A stretch of 64,000 nt of DNA from Somniosus microcephalus (taxonomy: Eukaryota). The notes under the pieces were generated by a model. The model saw only the letters and a program-made list of their open reading frames with translations, ran no database searches and was not told the DNA's origin. The DNA lies in the NCBI GenBank assembly GCA_052327205.1, contig CM126206.1, forward strand, positions 319,052,001 through 319,116,000, given 5' to 3'. Positions 52,100 to 64,000 of this stretch are shown in pieces (position 1 is the first letter of the stretch; every line of letters starts with the position of its first letter). A program made the position numbers and the translations under genes.

Positions 52100-52870
52100 C
52101 TACTTTTTTTTTAATTTGTTTATGGGATGTGGGCATCGCTGGCAAGGCCAGCATTTATTGCCCATCCCTAGTTGCCCTTGAACCACTGCAGCCTGTGTGG
52201 TGAAGGTGCTCTGTGCTGTTAGGGAGTTCCGGGATTTTGACCCAGTGACAGTGAAGGAACGGCTGCTATACTTCCAAGTCAGGATGGTGTGTGACTTGGA
52301 GAGGAATTTGCAGGTGGTGGTGTTCCTATGTGCCTGCTGTTCTCGTCCTAGCTGGAAGAGGTTGTGGGTTTGGGAGATGTTGCCGAAGAATCCTTGGTGA
52401 ATTGCTGCAGTGCATCTTGTAGATGGTACACACTGCAGCCACGGTAGTGTTGGAACGGCACTCATCCAGGCAAGTGGAGAGTATTCCATCACACTCCTGA
52501 CTTGTGCCTTGTAGATGGTGGAAAGGCTTTGGGGCGTCGGGAGGTGAGACACTCGCTGCAGAATACCCAGCCTCTGACCTCTCTTTGCCACAGTATTTAG
52601 GTGGCTGGTCCAGTTAAGTTTCTCGTCAATGGTGACCCCCCAGGATGCTGGTGGGAGATTCGGCAATGGTAATGTCATTGAATGTCATGGGGAGGTGGTT
52701 AGACTCTCGCTTATTGGAGATGGTCATTGCCTGGCACTTATGTTACCTGCCACTTATCAGCCCAAGCCTGAACATCGTCCAGGTCTTGTTGCATGCGGGT
52801 ATGAACTGCTTCATTATCTGAGGAGTTGTGAATGGCGCTGAACACTGCAGTCATCAGCGAACATCCCCAA
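52100..52870 (-). mobile_element. LINE 3' part (same family as 41845)
   Basis: QQDLDDVQAWADKWQVT; GVTIDEKLNWTSH; IYKAQVRSVMEY. Confidence 0.85.
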
Positions 52871-53039
52871 TGCTGCAACTTGCAAACCTCAGCATCAGGC
52901 TTCATGTGGATCATCAGCAAGCTGAGGCAGTGGCCATTGCCACGTAGGTATGCATAGATCTGTAGATATGATCTGGTGACTTGATCTCCCCTCAACTTTC
53001 TACAGTCAAGGGAATACCACCTATTTTCAATTTAACCCT

Positions 53040-53445
53040 GAAAGAAAGACTTGCATTTATACAGCGCCTATTCACGACCACTGGACGTCCCAAAGCGCTT
53101 TACAGCCAATGAAGTGCTGTTACTGTTATAATGCAACAGCCAATGTGCACAGCAAGCTCCCACAAACAGCAATGTGATAATGACCAGATAATCTGTTTGT
53201 GATGTTGGTTGAGGGATAAATATTGGCCCCAGGACACCGGGGAGAACTCCCCTGCTCTTTTTGAAATAGTGCCAGAGAATCTTTTACATCCACCAGAGAG
53301 TGGACGGGGCCTCGGTTTAACGTCTCATCTGAAAGACGGCACCTCCGACAGTGCGGTGCTCCCTCAGTACTGCACTGGAGAGTCAGCCTGGATTTTTGTG
53401 CTTGTGTCTCTGGCATAGGGGTGCTACCCACTGAGGCACGGCTGA
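53040..53445 (-). mobile_element. Deu-type SINE
   Basis: Near-complete copy. Confidence 0.85.
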
Positions 53446-56400
53446 TGTTGAAGCCCTGGTATTCTGCGCTGTAACCCCGAGATGTAGTATCCAAAAAAGT
53501 CCAGGTGTGTAATTTTCAGGTTCCAATTTCTTCCCTTTCTTAAATAATGGGGCGCACAAGCCACCTTCCAATCCGCAGGCCCAACTTCGAGCTCAACGAA
53601 CAATTGAATGCAAGAGCCAGTGGCTCACAGGACCTCCCGTTTCCCACGCCCCCCTGGGACAAATGGCATTGGGTCCTGCAGCAGTGACAACATTAAATGC
53701 ATTAATTTTGGCTAAAAACATTTCGTAGAATCATACAGCACAGAAGGAGGCCATTCAGCCCATCGTGCCTGTGCTGGCTCTCTGAAAGAGCTCTCCACTA
53801 GCCCTGTAAAATGTTTTCCTTTCAAATATTTATACAATTCCCCTTTGAAAGTTACTACTGAGTACTGCTCCCGCCACCTTTTCAGGCAGTGCATTCCAGA
53901 TCACAACAACCTCCTCTTGACCTCCACTCTAAGGAGAACAAACCCAGTCTCTCCAGATAACTGAAATCCCTCAGCCCTCTTGCCATTCTAGTAAATCTCC
54001 TCTGCACCCTCACTAACGCCCTGACATCCTTCCTAAAGTGTGGTGCTGACGCCTGAGCAGTGTTTCATAAAACTGCAGTTTCTTCTAATGAAGCAACTTT
54101 AGCCGCACACCTATCATGTAATATTGGGATTGTGGCATTGTCTTCTGCAATGAAAACTGATGCACACTATTTGGCTCACCGGCTCTACCTTTATTTTCGT
54201 AGCTAACCTCTTGAGAAATCCCTCAAAGGACCAATGCAGTCCTTGATTGTTCTCCGACTTCTAACTGAAAAAGTCATCACACTTTTTTATGCTGCCTTAG
54301 CATTCCTAATGCTTGTTTCTGCTATCTCCAGCTTTTTTTTTAGTACTTATCCTTACTTTACCGACTGGAATATTTTATACATAGCAAAATACTTTGGTTA
54401 ATTTCTCTCCACTTTCTTTGCCGTATCAACCGTGGCTCAGTGGGCGGCACCCTCGCCTCTGAGTCAGAAGGTCGTGCGTTCAAGTCCCACTCCAGAGACT
54501 TGAGCACAAAAATCTAGGCGGACACTCCAGTGCAGTTCTGAGGGAGTGCCGCACTGTCAGAGGTGCTGTCTTTCGGATGAAACGTTAAAGGCTCACCACC
54601 ACCTTCTCAAGGGCAATTAGGGATGTCCACATCCCATGACTGTATAAAAAAAATAATGATTACTATTGCCCAGATGCTCCACTACATAGAGATCAGATAC
54701 CATCTCTAAGTACAAAACATATTAATTTTTCTCCGATACTTTTCCTAACACAATGAATAATGAGATAGTCATTATAAAGGTCAACAAAGGTCTTCCTTCG
54801 CTCCACATCGAACCACTTAATGAAAATTTCCCCATGGTAATGTTATACTATTCTGCTCTTCTAAATTGTTCATATAGTTCCCTGTCCTACTCTACCTGTT
54901 ATCACAGAGGCCTAAATCACTAGTTTGGCCCCAGCTGGAGTATTGTGTCCAAGGGATGAGAGACTTCAGTTACGTGGATAGACTGGAGAAGCTGGGGTTG
55001 CTCTCCTTACAGCAGAGAAGGCTAAGAGGAGATTTGATAGAGGTGTTCAAAATCATGAAGGGCTTAGACAGAGTAAATAAAGAGAAACTGTTTCCAATGG
55101 CTGAAGGGTCGATAACCAGAGGGCACAGATTTAAGGTGATTGGCAAAAGAACCAGAGGCGACATGAGGAAAAACTTTTTACACCACGTGTGGTTAGGATT
55201 TGGAATGCGCTGCCTGATAGGGCGGTGGAGACAGATTCAATAGAAGCTTTCAAAAGGGAATTGGATAAATACTTGAAGGAGAAAGAATTGCAGGGATGTG
55301 GGGAAAGAGCGGGGGAGTGGGACTGACTGGATCGCTCTTCGAAAGAGCCGGCGCAGACTCGATGGGCCGAATGGCCTCCTTCTGTGCTGTACTATTCTAT
55401 GATTCTATGCCAAGGGTGAACTTTGAGCCAAGCCATTGCTTTGGCTGCTCCCAAACTATTTCAGCTCCCTCCTGTTGATCAATATTCTTGCTCCTTTACC
55501 GATAAATGCACATCCAGTTTTTACAGAATCCTGTGTAACGTTTCCTGTTCTGATCCATTGCTACTATCCAAACAGGATTCAGAGTTGCCAGTCTCATCTA
55601 AATTCTCTGTGGAAGCACATGCATGTAATTCCAGCACTTTTGGATGAGACGTTAAACCGAGGCCCCGTCTGCTCTCTCAGGTGGGTGTAAAAGATCCCAC
55701 GGCCACTATTTTGAAGAAGAGCAAGGGGAGTTCTCCCCTGGTGTCCTAGGGCCAGTATTTATCCCTCAATCAACATCACTAAAACAGATTATCTGGTCAT
55801 TATCACATTGCTGTTTGTGGGAGCTTGCTGTGCGTAAATTGGCTGCCGCGTTTCCTACATTACAACAGTGACTACACTTCAAAAAGTACTTCATTGGCTG
55901 TAAAGCGCTTTGGGACGTCCTGAAGTCGTGAAAGGCGCTGTAGAAATGCAAGTCTTTTTATTTCTAATACTTCTAGCATTAGTAGAAAAGCACTTTAAGG
56001 AATTTCCTGAATGACATCTTTGGTTGGAATGACTATGTAAAGTAACTTGATCTCTGTAATTTAAATGTATTAAATTGTTACTAATACTATCAGCTGTGCG
56101 ACGGTTCCCAGTCCGAGTGCAACTACACATTATGGTATTCCTGATTCCAATTAGTTTAAATATTTCACAAAGGCACTGTCTACATTCTAAGCCAATCTTT
56201 TAGCCCCCAGCCGACTCAGATGAATCCCACCCTCTGAAAAATGCACCCTCCTCAGAAAATATCCGCTAGTCATCTACAAACACAAGCTTTTCTTATTACT
56301 CCATCTTGAGGCAGTTATTGAAACCAATGATCACACCATTCCTTTCTGGAAATCTTCCAATTTTACCATCGACAACCCAGAGACCACTAACTTAGCTCTT

Positions 56401-56580
56401 TTCTCCTTAAATTTTGTTTCTTATTCCCCAGCAATTGTCCTATTAAGACAGATTTCTTATCCACTTTACTTGTACCAAAATGTCAAGCAATTATAATTGC
56501 CTTAATTGCTCCCTTTGCTAAAACTACCTCACCTATCTAGATCCTTAATCCTAACCCTCAAAAAATCACTGAATAGACCT
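53445..56580 (-). mobile_element. Ancient CR1 LINE host with nested insertions
   Basis: Remnants SLKCFSTNARSIRNK (endonuclease start, about 55960-56010) and PLFKKGKKLEPENY (RT, about 53500-53550). Nested: CR1(-) 53726-54075, SINE head 54429-54645, CR1(+) 54925-55410, Deu-SINE(+) 55637-55958. Confidence 0.65.
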
Positions 56581-57674
56581 AATGAATGGGGAAGAATTTG
56601 GGTATGCGATTAACCCGCGCCCGTTCTTTGTGTTGCGGGCAGCATGCAATGTGTACAGCCACGCTCCCTGCGCTGCTCATTGGCTGCATGCCTTGGCAGG
56701 GGGCCCGATACCACTGTTCAAAGGGGCTCCCAAGGCCTCACAGCCTTCCCATCAATCTGTTCTCCCAACAGGTCAGTCGGATTGCTGAGGCGCCGCCCCG
56801 GGGGAGCGGCAGTGGCTCCATGGAGCACGAACCTGCTGTCCTCTCTCAGGATGGCAGCACTTGTGCTCCCACTCTGCCAGCCCAGACTAAAATGGTGCCG
56901 TCTTAAGCTGGGCCTTCTAGGCCCAGAACTGCTCAAGATCGTTCTCCAAGGCCACCTGCAGTCTCCTCAATTGAAGGTCAGCAGCCTTCCGCAACCCATG
57001 CTGCAGCCACTGGGGAAGCACCTCGTCGGAGCACTAGGACAAGCAAAGGCACATGGAAGACAGGCATTAAAGGAATGCACAGGGTGATTCGTTTATTTTT
57101 GTATGCATTATGTCCTGATTGAATTTATAAATTTGGATTGGAATGTGCATTTTCTGGTGTTTTTATTTTGTATTGTCGGAAAGAGGACGATGTGATGGTC
57201 AGTGAGGAAAGGTAAGGAACGTGGGACAGTTGCTGAATGGGGAGGTGTGAATGAGGTTACTGGTATCGCTCATTAATTGTTTCATCGCATCAGGCCCGGA
57301 CAGAAAGGGGCTGTCAACGTTGTACCTCTTCCTGGTTCCCCCTCAGCTTCTTGCCTGATAGATGGTGGCAAGGGCTGTTCCCTCATAATGCTGCAGGCTA
57401 CCACAAATCTTCATACCCGCTCAGCTGAGTACTGCAGGGCTCCTCCCGAGCGGTCCAGGCAGCGGAAGCGTTGCTTGAGGTCGCCGATGGTCTGCTCTGT
57501 AATACTCCTTCTGGCAGCATGGCTCTCATTGTAGGCCTGCTGTGCACCTGTGTGGGGGTTCCGGACTGGAGTCATGAGCCAGGTCATGAGGGGATAACCC
57601 TTGTCACCCAGTAGCCAGCCTTTGACTTGCCGTGGTGGGTCAAATACGGGTGGCACAGAGGATTGCTGCAGAAT

Positions 57675-57996
57675 GAAGGAATCGTGACTACTGCCAGGAT
57701 ACCGGGCATTGCCCTGCATGATGCGCTGCCTGTGGTCGCACACCAGCTGCACATTGAGGAATCGTGCCTACTGCCGGGATACCGGGCATTGCCCTGCATG
57801 ATGCGCTGCCTGTGGTCGCACACCAGCTGCACATTGAGGAATCGTGCCTGCCAGGATACCGGGCATTGCCCTGCATGATGCGCTGCCTGTGGTTGCACAC
57901 CAGCTGCACATTGAGGAATCGTGCCTACTGCCGGGATACCGGGCATTGCCCTGCATGATGCGCTGCCTGTGGTCGCACACCAGCTGCACATTGAGG
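57675..57996. repeat. 80-bp tandem quadruplication inside the Harbinger transposase
   Basis: Units start at about 57675, 57756, 57836 and 57913 (one unit is 77 bp). Confidence 0.95.
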
Positions 57997-58160
57997 GAGT
58001 GGAATCCCTTTCGGTTCATGAAAATGGCCAACTTCACATGAGGCGGACGCAAGACTTTTTTGCGTGCAGTCAATGGCACCCTGCGCAAGCCTGCAAACCC
58101 TCGTGCTCACTCTGCCTACTTGTCAAGAGGGAATGAGATGAAACTGTCTCTCTGTCTATG

Positions 58161-58607
58161 GAAAGAAAGAAAGACTTGCATTTCTATAGCGCCTTTCATG
58201 GCCACCGGACGTCTCAAAGCGCTTTACAGCCAATGAAGTACTTTTGAAGTGTAGTCACTGTTGTAATGTAGGAAACGCGGCAGCCAATTTGCGCACAGCA
58301 AGCTCCCACAAACAGTAATGTGATAATGACCAGATAATCTGTTTTAGTGATGTTGATTGAGGAATAAATATTGGCCCCAGGACACCGGGGCGAACTCCCC
58401 CTGCTCTTCTTCAAAATAGCACCGTGGGATTTTTTACATCCATCTGAGAGAGCAGACGGGGCCTCGGTTTAACGTCTCATCCGAAAGATGGCACCTCAGC
58501 CCTGCACTGGAGTGTCAGCCTGGATTTCGGTGCTCAAGTCTCTGGAGTGGGACTTGAACCCACGACCTTCTGACTCAGAGGCGAGGGTGCCGCCCACTGA
58601 GCCACGG
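58161..58607 (-). mobile_element. Full-length Deu-type SINE inserted in the Harbinger ORF
   Basis: Head, core and (TTTC)n tail present. Confidence 0.9.
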
Positions 58608-59862
58608 TGACCTCCCTTATACCGCACTGCAAACTGCAAGATGTTGCTTATATTTCCAGTCTGGAAGGAGCCAGAGGCATAAAAGTTAAGAGCCACAGTC
58701 ACCTTGACAGCCACAGGCAATGCTGTCCTTGCCCTCCTTTGAGGTTACAGTTGTTGCTGCAGCAGTTGGCAGATTTTTGGCATGACCCCTTTAGCGAAGC
58801 GACGACGTCTCAAACATTGGTCCTCGCTGAAGTTGCTCCCTAAAGATCCTTGGCAGATATGGCTTCCTGCTGAGAGCCCTCCTCCTCCTCCCTCTTCTAG
58901 CAGCTTGTCCTGCTCCGAGTGGCCTCTATTCATTTTCCCAGTTGTGCTTAATTTCCAGAGGAAGCCCGACCAGGCCACCCATGTCAGGGAGCAACTTGTT
59001 TCAGCACAAGCTTTTAAATCAACAAAAAAGTACCTCAGCACCAGCAACACCGTTCCCTCTAGACGATTGAAACTTTAGGCAAAGTATAGGAAAGCTCCAG
59101 AAACACATACAAGTGCACCAACAGCCAGAAGAAATAATCCAGCAACTAACCTGTAAGTAGTTGATGATCCCTTTAAGTAGCGTTGGTGGGGGAAGGGGGG
59201 CCTTCATGCCGTTTAATGTCGTGTTCAGCTGTGCGAGGCTAAGGCTGGAGCGTAGCGTTCGAGAATGGCAGCGCTGGCGTCAAATCAGCTTTACACACTG
59301 GTTGACGTCATAATCTGCCTGCACTGCGCGCTGCCGGCGCTCGTTAGCTGTGTGCGCGCTAAACCCTTTGCCAAGGTGGTGTCTGACGCAATTCCCATGA
59401 GAAGCAAGCGCGCGCATCTCTGACGCCATTATCGAGCGTTAGGAAGCCTAAAAAACGGGCGCGACTGCCCAATTTCTCCCCCATGGTTTTTATGCTCGCC
59501 CCCTGATCTGTTAATACGCCTTTTACATTACAGTGCTGCCAGGAACAGCAGTCTCAACTTCAGCCATAGCGCTGGAATATAAATAACAGGTACGAATGCC
59601 TCCGGGTTAGCAGAAACACATTTAACAAGCTGCTTGTCTGCAGGCGACTGTGCGGGCAGAACTGCAGCCCAAAACTCTTGCTGGTTGCGGGAAGATTAAA
59701 GTCTCAGCTCAGCCTTACAATCTAGCAATGTTGTTTTACGTTGCTGTCCTGTACTGACCTTCCCCAGACATTAGGGAAGTTCCTTGACCAGAAAAGTCAC
59801 AATCATGACTTTAAGTTTGCTGTTTCACTTCTGCCATTGGTGCTGTGAAAACGACCCACACT

Positions 59863-60985
59863 AAGCTTGGTCAAAGAGGTCGGTTTTAAGGAGTGTCTTA
59901 AAGGAGGGTAGAGAGAGAGGCAGAGAGGTTTAGGGAGGGAATTTCAGAGCTTGGGGCCTCGGCAGCTGAAGGCACGGCCACCAATGGTGGAGCGATGAAA
60001 ATCAGGGATGCACAAGAGGCCAGAATTGGAGGAGCACAGATATCAGGGAGGGTTGCGGGGCTGGAGGAGATCACAGAGATAGGGAGGGATGAGGCCATGG
60101 AGGGATTTGAAAACATGGATGAGAATTTTAAAATTGATGAGTTGCTTAATTGGGAGCCAATGTAGTTCAGCGAGCACAGGGGTGATGGGCGAACGGGACT
60201 TGGTGCGAGTTAGGGCACGGCAGCCGAGTTTTGGATGACATCAAGTTTACGGAGGGTAGAATGTGGGAGGCCAGCCAGGAGTGCGTTAGAATAGTCAAGA
60301 CTAGAGGTAACAAAAAAGATATGCATTTCTCTAGCGCCTTTCACGACCATCGGATGTCTCAAAGCGCTTTACAGCCAATGAAGTATTTTTTGAAGTGTAG
60401 TCACTGTTGTAATGTAGGAAACACGGCAGCCAATTTGCGCCCAGCAAGCTCCCACAAACAACAATGTGATAATCACCAGATAGTCTGATTTAGTGATGTT
60501 GATTGAGGGATAAATATTGGCCAGGACACCGGGGAGAACTCCCCTGCTCTTCTTCGAAATCATTCCATGGGATCTTTTATGTCCACCTGAGAGCAGACGG
60601 GGCCTCGGTTTAATGTCTCATCCAAAAGACGGCACCTCCGACAGTGCAGCACTCCCTCAGTACTGCACTGGAGTGTCAGCCTAGATTTTTGTGCTCAAGT
60701 CTCTGGAGTGGGACTTTAAACCACAACCTTCTGACTCAGAGGCGAGGGTGCTGCCCACTGAGCCACGGCCGAGGGTTCCAGCAGCAGACGAGCTGGGGTG
60801 GGGCAGAGTCGAGCGGGTTCCGGAGGTGGAAACAGGCGGTCTTAGTGATGGTGCGGATATGTGGTCGGAAGCTCATTTCGGGGTCAAATACGACACCAAG
60901 GTTGTGAACTGTCTGTTCAGCCTCAGACAGTTGCCGGGGAAAGGGATGGAGTCGGTGGCTGGGGAACGGAGTTTGTGGCAGAAGT
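59863..60985 (-). mobile_element. L2 LINE fragment split by a Deu-type SINE (60315-60770)
   Basis: L2 sequence resumes on both sides of the SINE. Confidence 0.88.
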
Positions 60986-61302
60986 AAAGATTTTCAATAT
61001 ATTACAGTATATTTAAAATTGTATTTCAGTAGCATAAGCTGCAATGGCAATGTCCCCAAAACACAAATGAATATTCTCCTGAAATTAATATTCCTGGGTT
61101 TGTTTGAGTAGAAAACTTTAACAAAATCGTTGTTCTCGGGAGCAGAGGATTCCTTGGAGCTGACGCCCTGCGACGAGTGATTAAATGACCGGTTGAGAGA
61201 GTTTAACTTCAACGCTACAGCACTTTTTACACAGCGGATTCACAGTAAATCAGTATAAAAAATGATAAAGCTACTGTGATTATCTTAAAACGTAAAAATC
61301 AT

Positions 61303-61308
61303 TTTATT
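61303..61308 (-). terminator. ULK4: Candidate ULK4 polyadenylation signal
   Basis: AATAAA on the minus strand about 650 nt after the stop; a second one at 61394-61399 lies inside a MITE. Confidence 0.35.
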
Positions 61309-61325
61309 TCTTTGAGACAGTTTTT

Positions 61326-61493
61326 GGGGGTGAAATTTGACTTGGCTGGGGAGGTAAAGCGGGCGGAATCACATCTGCCACCTGATGTTGAGTTTTATTG
61401 AAATCAATGGAGCTAAATATGGGACGGGATGTGTAGCGGGCACCAGATGCGATACCACCTGTTTAGCGTCCCCGCCAGAGGCACATTTCACCC
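61326..61493. mobile_element. Small TIR element (MITE)
   Basis: GGGTGAAAT ... ATTTCACCC inverted termini. Confidence 0.55.
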
Positions 61494-61614
61494 TCACTAA
61501 CTCTAGACTGTTCACAGAACTACAGAGAAGAGCAACATTTATCGAACGATCCGCAGGGTGACGATCCAACGCCAGCTGTACAGAGAGAAATTCACAAATC
61601 CAATGTGTCATAAA

Positions 61615-61698
61615 CAACGTTCCCGCTAAACTGTGCGGCCACGCAGCCCGTTAAAGGGACCGCGCACACAGAAAACAAACAATATGGGGGAATCATTG
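61615..61698 (+). mobile_element. Internally deleted hAT MITE in the ULK4 3'UTR region
   Basis: CAACGTTCCCGCTAAACTGTGCGGCC.. same family as 37127 and 39796. Confidence 0.7.
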
Positions 61699-61959
61699 GC
61701 GATAAGTAATAGGAAAAATATACCTGAGCAGAGTGGAAAGTTCTTCAAAGTCCAGGCTCAGTGCATCAGAGACCGATTACAGAACATACAGGAAACACAG
61801 TATTTTATCTCGCAGTTCCTTCCCAATTTTGAAGCGGTTTGCTTGAAGGAATTGCTCTAGTTTTAAGCTGTTCTTAAGCGCAAACAAAACCAGCCAGCAG
61901 AAAGGCCAGTGGACAAAGCCCTTCAGTCCCGAGTGACAGTGCGCACTGGTGAGTTGCAG

Positions 61960-62023
61960 TCACTGATCGATGAGTTTCAGGATCTCCGAGGCCAATGACG
62001 CGATGGCGATATCAGCGTGGGAG
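61960..62023 (-). CDS. ULK4: ULK4 terminal coding exon
   Basis: The minus strand reads ttctctgtttcttccAG|C TCC CAC GCT..., giving SHADIAIASLASEILKLIDQ*. This resembles the human ULK4 C-terminus (recalled as SFADSAVAPLALEILQAVGH*), and ULK4 is the convergent neighbour of human CTNNB1. Confidence 0.85.
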
Positions 62024-62979
62024 CTGGAAGAAACAGAGAATATACTGTAAATAACCAGAAAAAAATTCTACATCCCACACGACAGAATCAAATCAGGTCT
62101 GGATGACGGTGAACAAAAATGAAGTGATTGAGATTGCGGCTTGCCCCTTATCGCCTCTTGGCAAGCTGCTGGCTCGCACTATGGTTCAGATCCATGGAAG
62201 CCAGGTGCCATTAGGTGCCTTGTCCATGATGTAGGATTCTGCATTTGTGAGCCCAGAGGATGAATATTGACAGGCTATTCGACTGTGAGGGGATCATCAC
62301 AGCCGACGCCATTCTGTCCCTGCCTGGTGCCCTTTCTGGTAGGGGTTGCTGTCTACCCATCGGGAGAATGAACCTCAGCTGCATTATCCTCTGCCAAGTT
62401 CAAGGGCATCGTGACTAGTTGTGCCACTCCTGGCGCACTGGCTGCAATCAGCACCGTGGATCTTCCTGGCTTAGCTCCCACTAAAAGTAAAGTGAAATCA
62501 TGTTTATTTTTTAAACAGAATCATTCTCATGCCTGATTTATTCCATTCACAAGCAAGACCATCATTCAAACTTAGTCATAATTTTGAAGTTAAATCAACT
62601 GGGTAATTGCATTGCTTCTCATTGTGCATTCTCTGTCTTGATGAATCTGCTTTTCCTTCAGGAATATCTATTTTTTCAACAGCGTTCCTCTGTTTTTTTT
62701 ATCAAGGAGACCGTATACCATTCTGCATCTAGGCAAGCGGACAAAGTCGCCGTGATGCACAACAATATCATGTTCGTGGTCGATAGAGGAACTTTCTGGG
62801 CTCTGTCAGACCTTATAAAGCATTTAGGCTGCGATTTGAGACATTGGTATAGTGTTGCAGTAATGAAAGTGACATGGTAAGCTATGCAGTTATGGTGAGC
62901 GAGCCGTCACCCTGTACAGATACTGTACATCTCTGGCAAGCAAGTATGAAACACACCCTTCGACTCATTGGCAAAAAAA

Positions 62980-63680
62980 TGTTTTATTCATGCTCAGGAT
63001 GTGGGCATCGCTGGCAAGGCCGGCATTTATTGCCCATCCCTAATTGCCCTTGAGAAGGTGGTGGTGAGCCGCCTTCTTGAATACAACTGAGTGTCTCGCT
63101 CGGCCATTTCAGAGGGTCAGTTAAGAGTCAACCACATTGCTGTGGGTCTGGAGTCACATATAGGCCAGACCGGGTAAGGACAGTAGATTTCCTTCCCTAA
63201 AGGACATTAGTGAACCAGATGGGTTTTTACGACAATCCGAGTTTCATGGTCACCATTACTAGCTTTTTATTCCAGATTTATTTAATGAACTGAATTTAAA
63301 TTCCCCAGCTGGCGTGGTGGGGTCTCTGGATCATTCGTCCAGGCCTCTGGATTACTCCGGATATACGGCACACAAACAGGCCATTCGGCCCAACCAGTCC
63401 ATGCTGGCGTTTATGCTCCACTCGAGCCTCCTCCCGTCTTTCCTCATCTAACTCTATCAGCGTAACCCTCTATTCCCTTCTCCCTCATGTGCTTGTCTAG
63501 CCTCCCCTTAAATACATCGATACTATTCGCCTCAACCACTCCCTGTGGTAGCGAGTTCCACATTCTCACCACTCTCTGGGTAAAGGAGCTTCTTCTGAAT
63601 TCCCTATTGGATTTCTTGGTGATTATCTTATACTGGCAGGCTGTAACTAGTCCAGTAACATAACCACGATACAACCGAAC
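62980..63680 (-). mobile_element. Meta-like SINE split by a CR1 3' end (63358-63636)
   Basis: SINE sequence GGATTACT|AGTCCAGTAAC is interrupted by NREFRRSSFTQRVVRMWNSLP-coding CR1. Confidence 0.8.
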
Positions 63681-64000
63681 CCCTATACAGTCACAACTCA
63701 TTAATGTTCAGTACAGCAGAATAAGAGAATTTCTTTTGGTGGGGATGGGGGGGGGGGGGGACTCAGGCAGAGATATACTTGCCACTGGAATAATGCACGA
63801 TAAAAAAAATGAGCTGAGGTAAGTCAGCGCAGTGTGAGGGAAGGAACACCAGTCTGGTTTTCCACTCCTCATCAATGTCAGCGCCTCCTGCTGGAAGCTG
63901 TGTGTGTGGATGTTGGCTGGGGACAGGAACGGACATGGGTTGTGTGATCCCCCCGATAGTTAAATGACTGGCAACACTCCTGGCCACTTGGACAAGGCAC

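Larger units (their letters stand above)
56588..59482 (-). mobile_element. Defective PIF/Harbinger DNA transposon
   Basis: HARBI1-like DDE pieces: [68 protein letters not shown]. Imperfect TIRs GGGGAAGAATTTGGG / CCCAATTTCTCCCCC with subterminal CGCGCCCGTT. Confidence 0.92.

Noticed and set aside
54429-55958. One SINE split by a 1-kb insertion with a 20-bp duplication
   Set aside because: The intervening DNA appears to be the old CR1 host that continues on both sides, so two separate insertions are more likely.
57411-58720. Domesticated HARBI1 gene
   Set aside because: Frameshifts, a SINE insertion, a tandem duplication and retained TIRs indicate a dead transposon.

Overview
Eukaryotic genomic window, most likely from a cartilaginous fish (shark-type SINE/LINE content). 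It contains the complete beta-catenin gene CTNNB1 on the + strand: a CpG-rich promoter and non-coding exon 1 at about 7.6-7.8 kb, a 25.7-kb intron 1, and 14 coding exons (33564-46329, 2346 nt, 781 aa, all GT-AG). A 3'UTR intron and a strongly conserved terminal exon follow, ending near 47.3 kb. The last exon of ULK4 lies tail-to-tail on the - strand (61960-62023). The promoter sits between a 31-bp minisatellite and, across a 500-N gap, a G-run satellite. The rest is rich in transposable elements: Deu-, Meta- and V-type SINEs, L2 and CR1 LINE ends, Penelope fragments with decayed hammerhead motifs, hAT and Tigger MITEs, and a dead Harbinger. I found no convincing new protein-coding system. The best leads are non-coding: the conserved spliced 3'UTR module, a hAT element carrying CpG-island-like cargo into intron 1, and the satellite-bracketed promoter. 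Human comparisons and repeat family names come from recall, not from a search.
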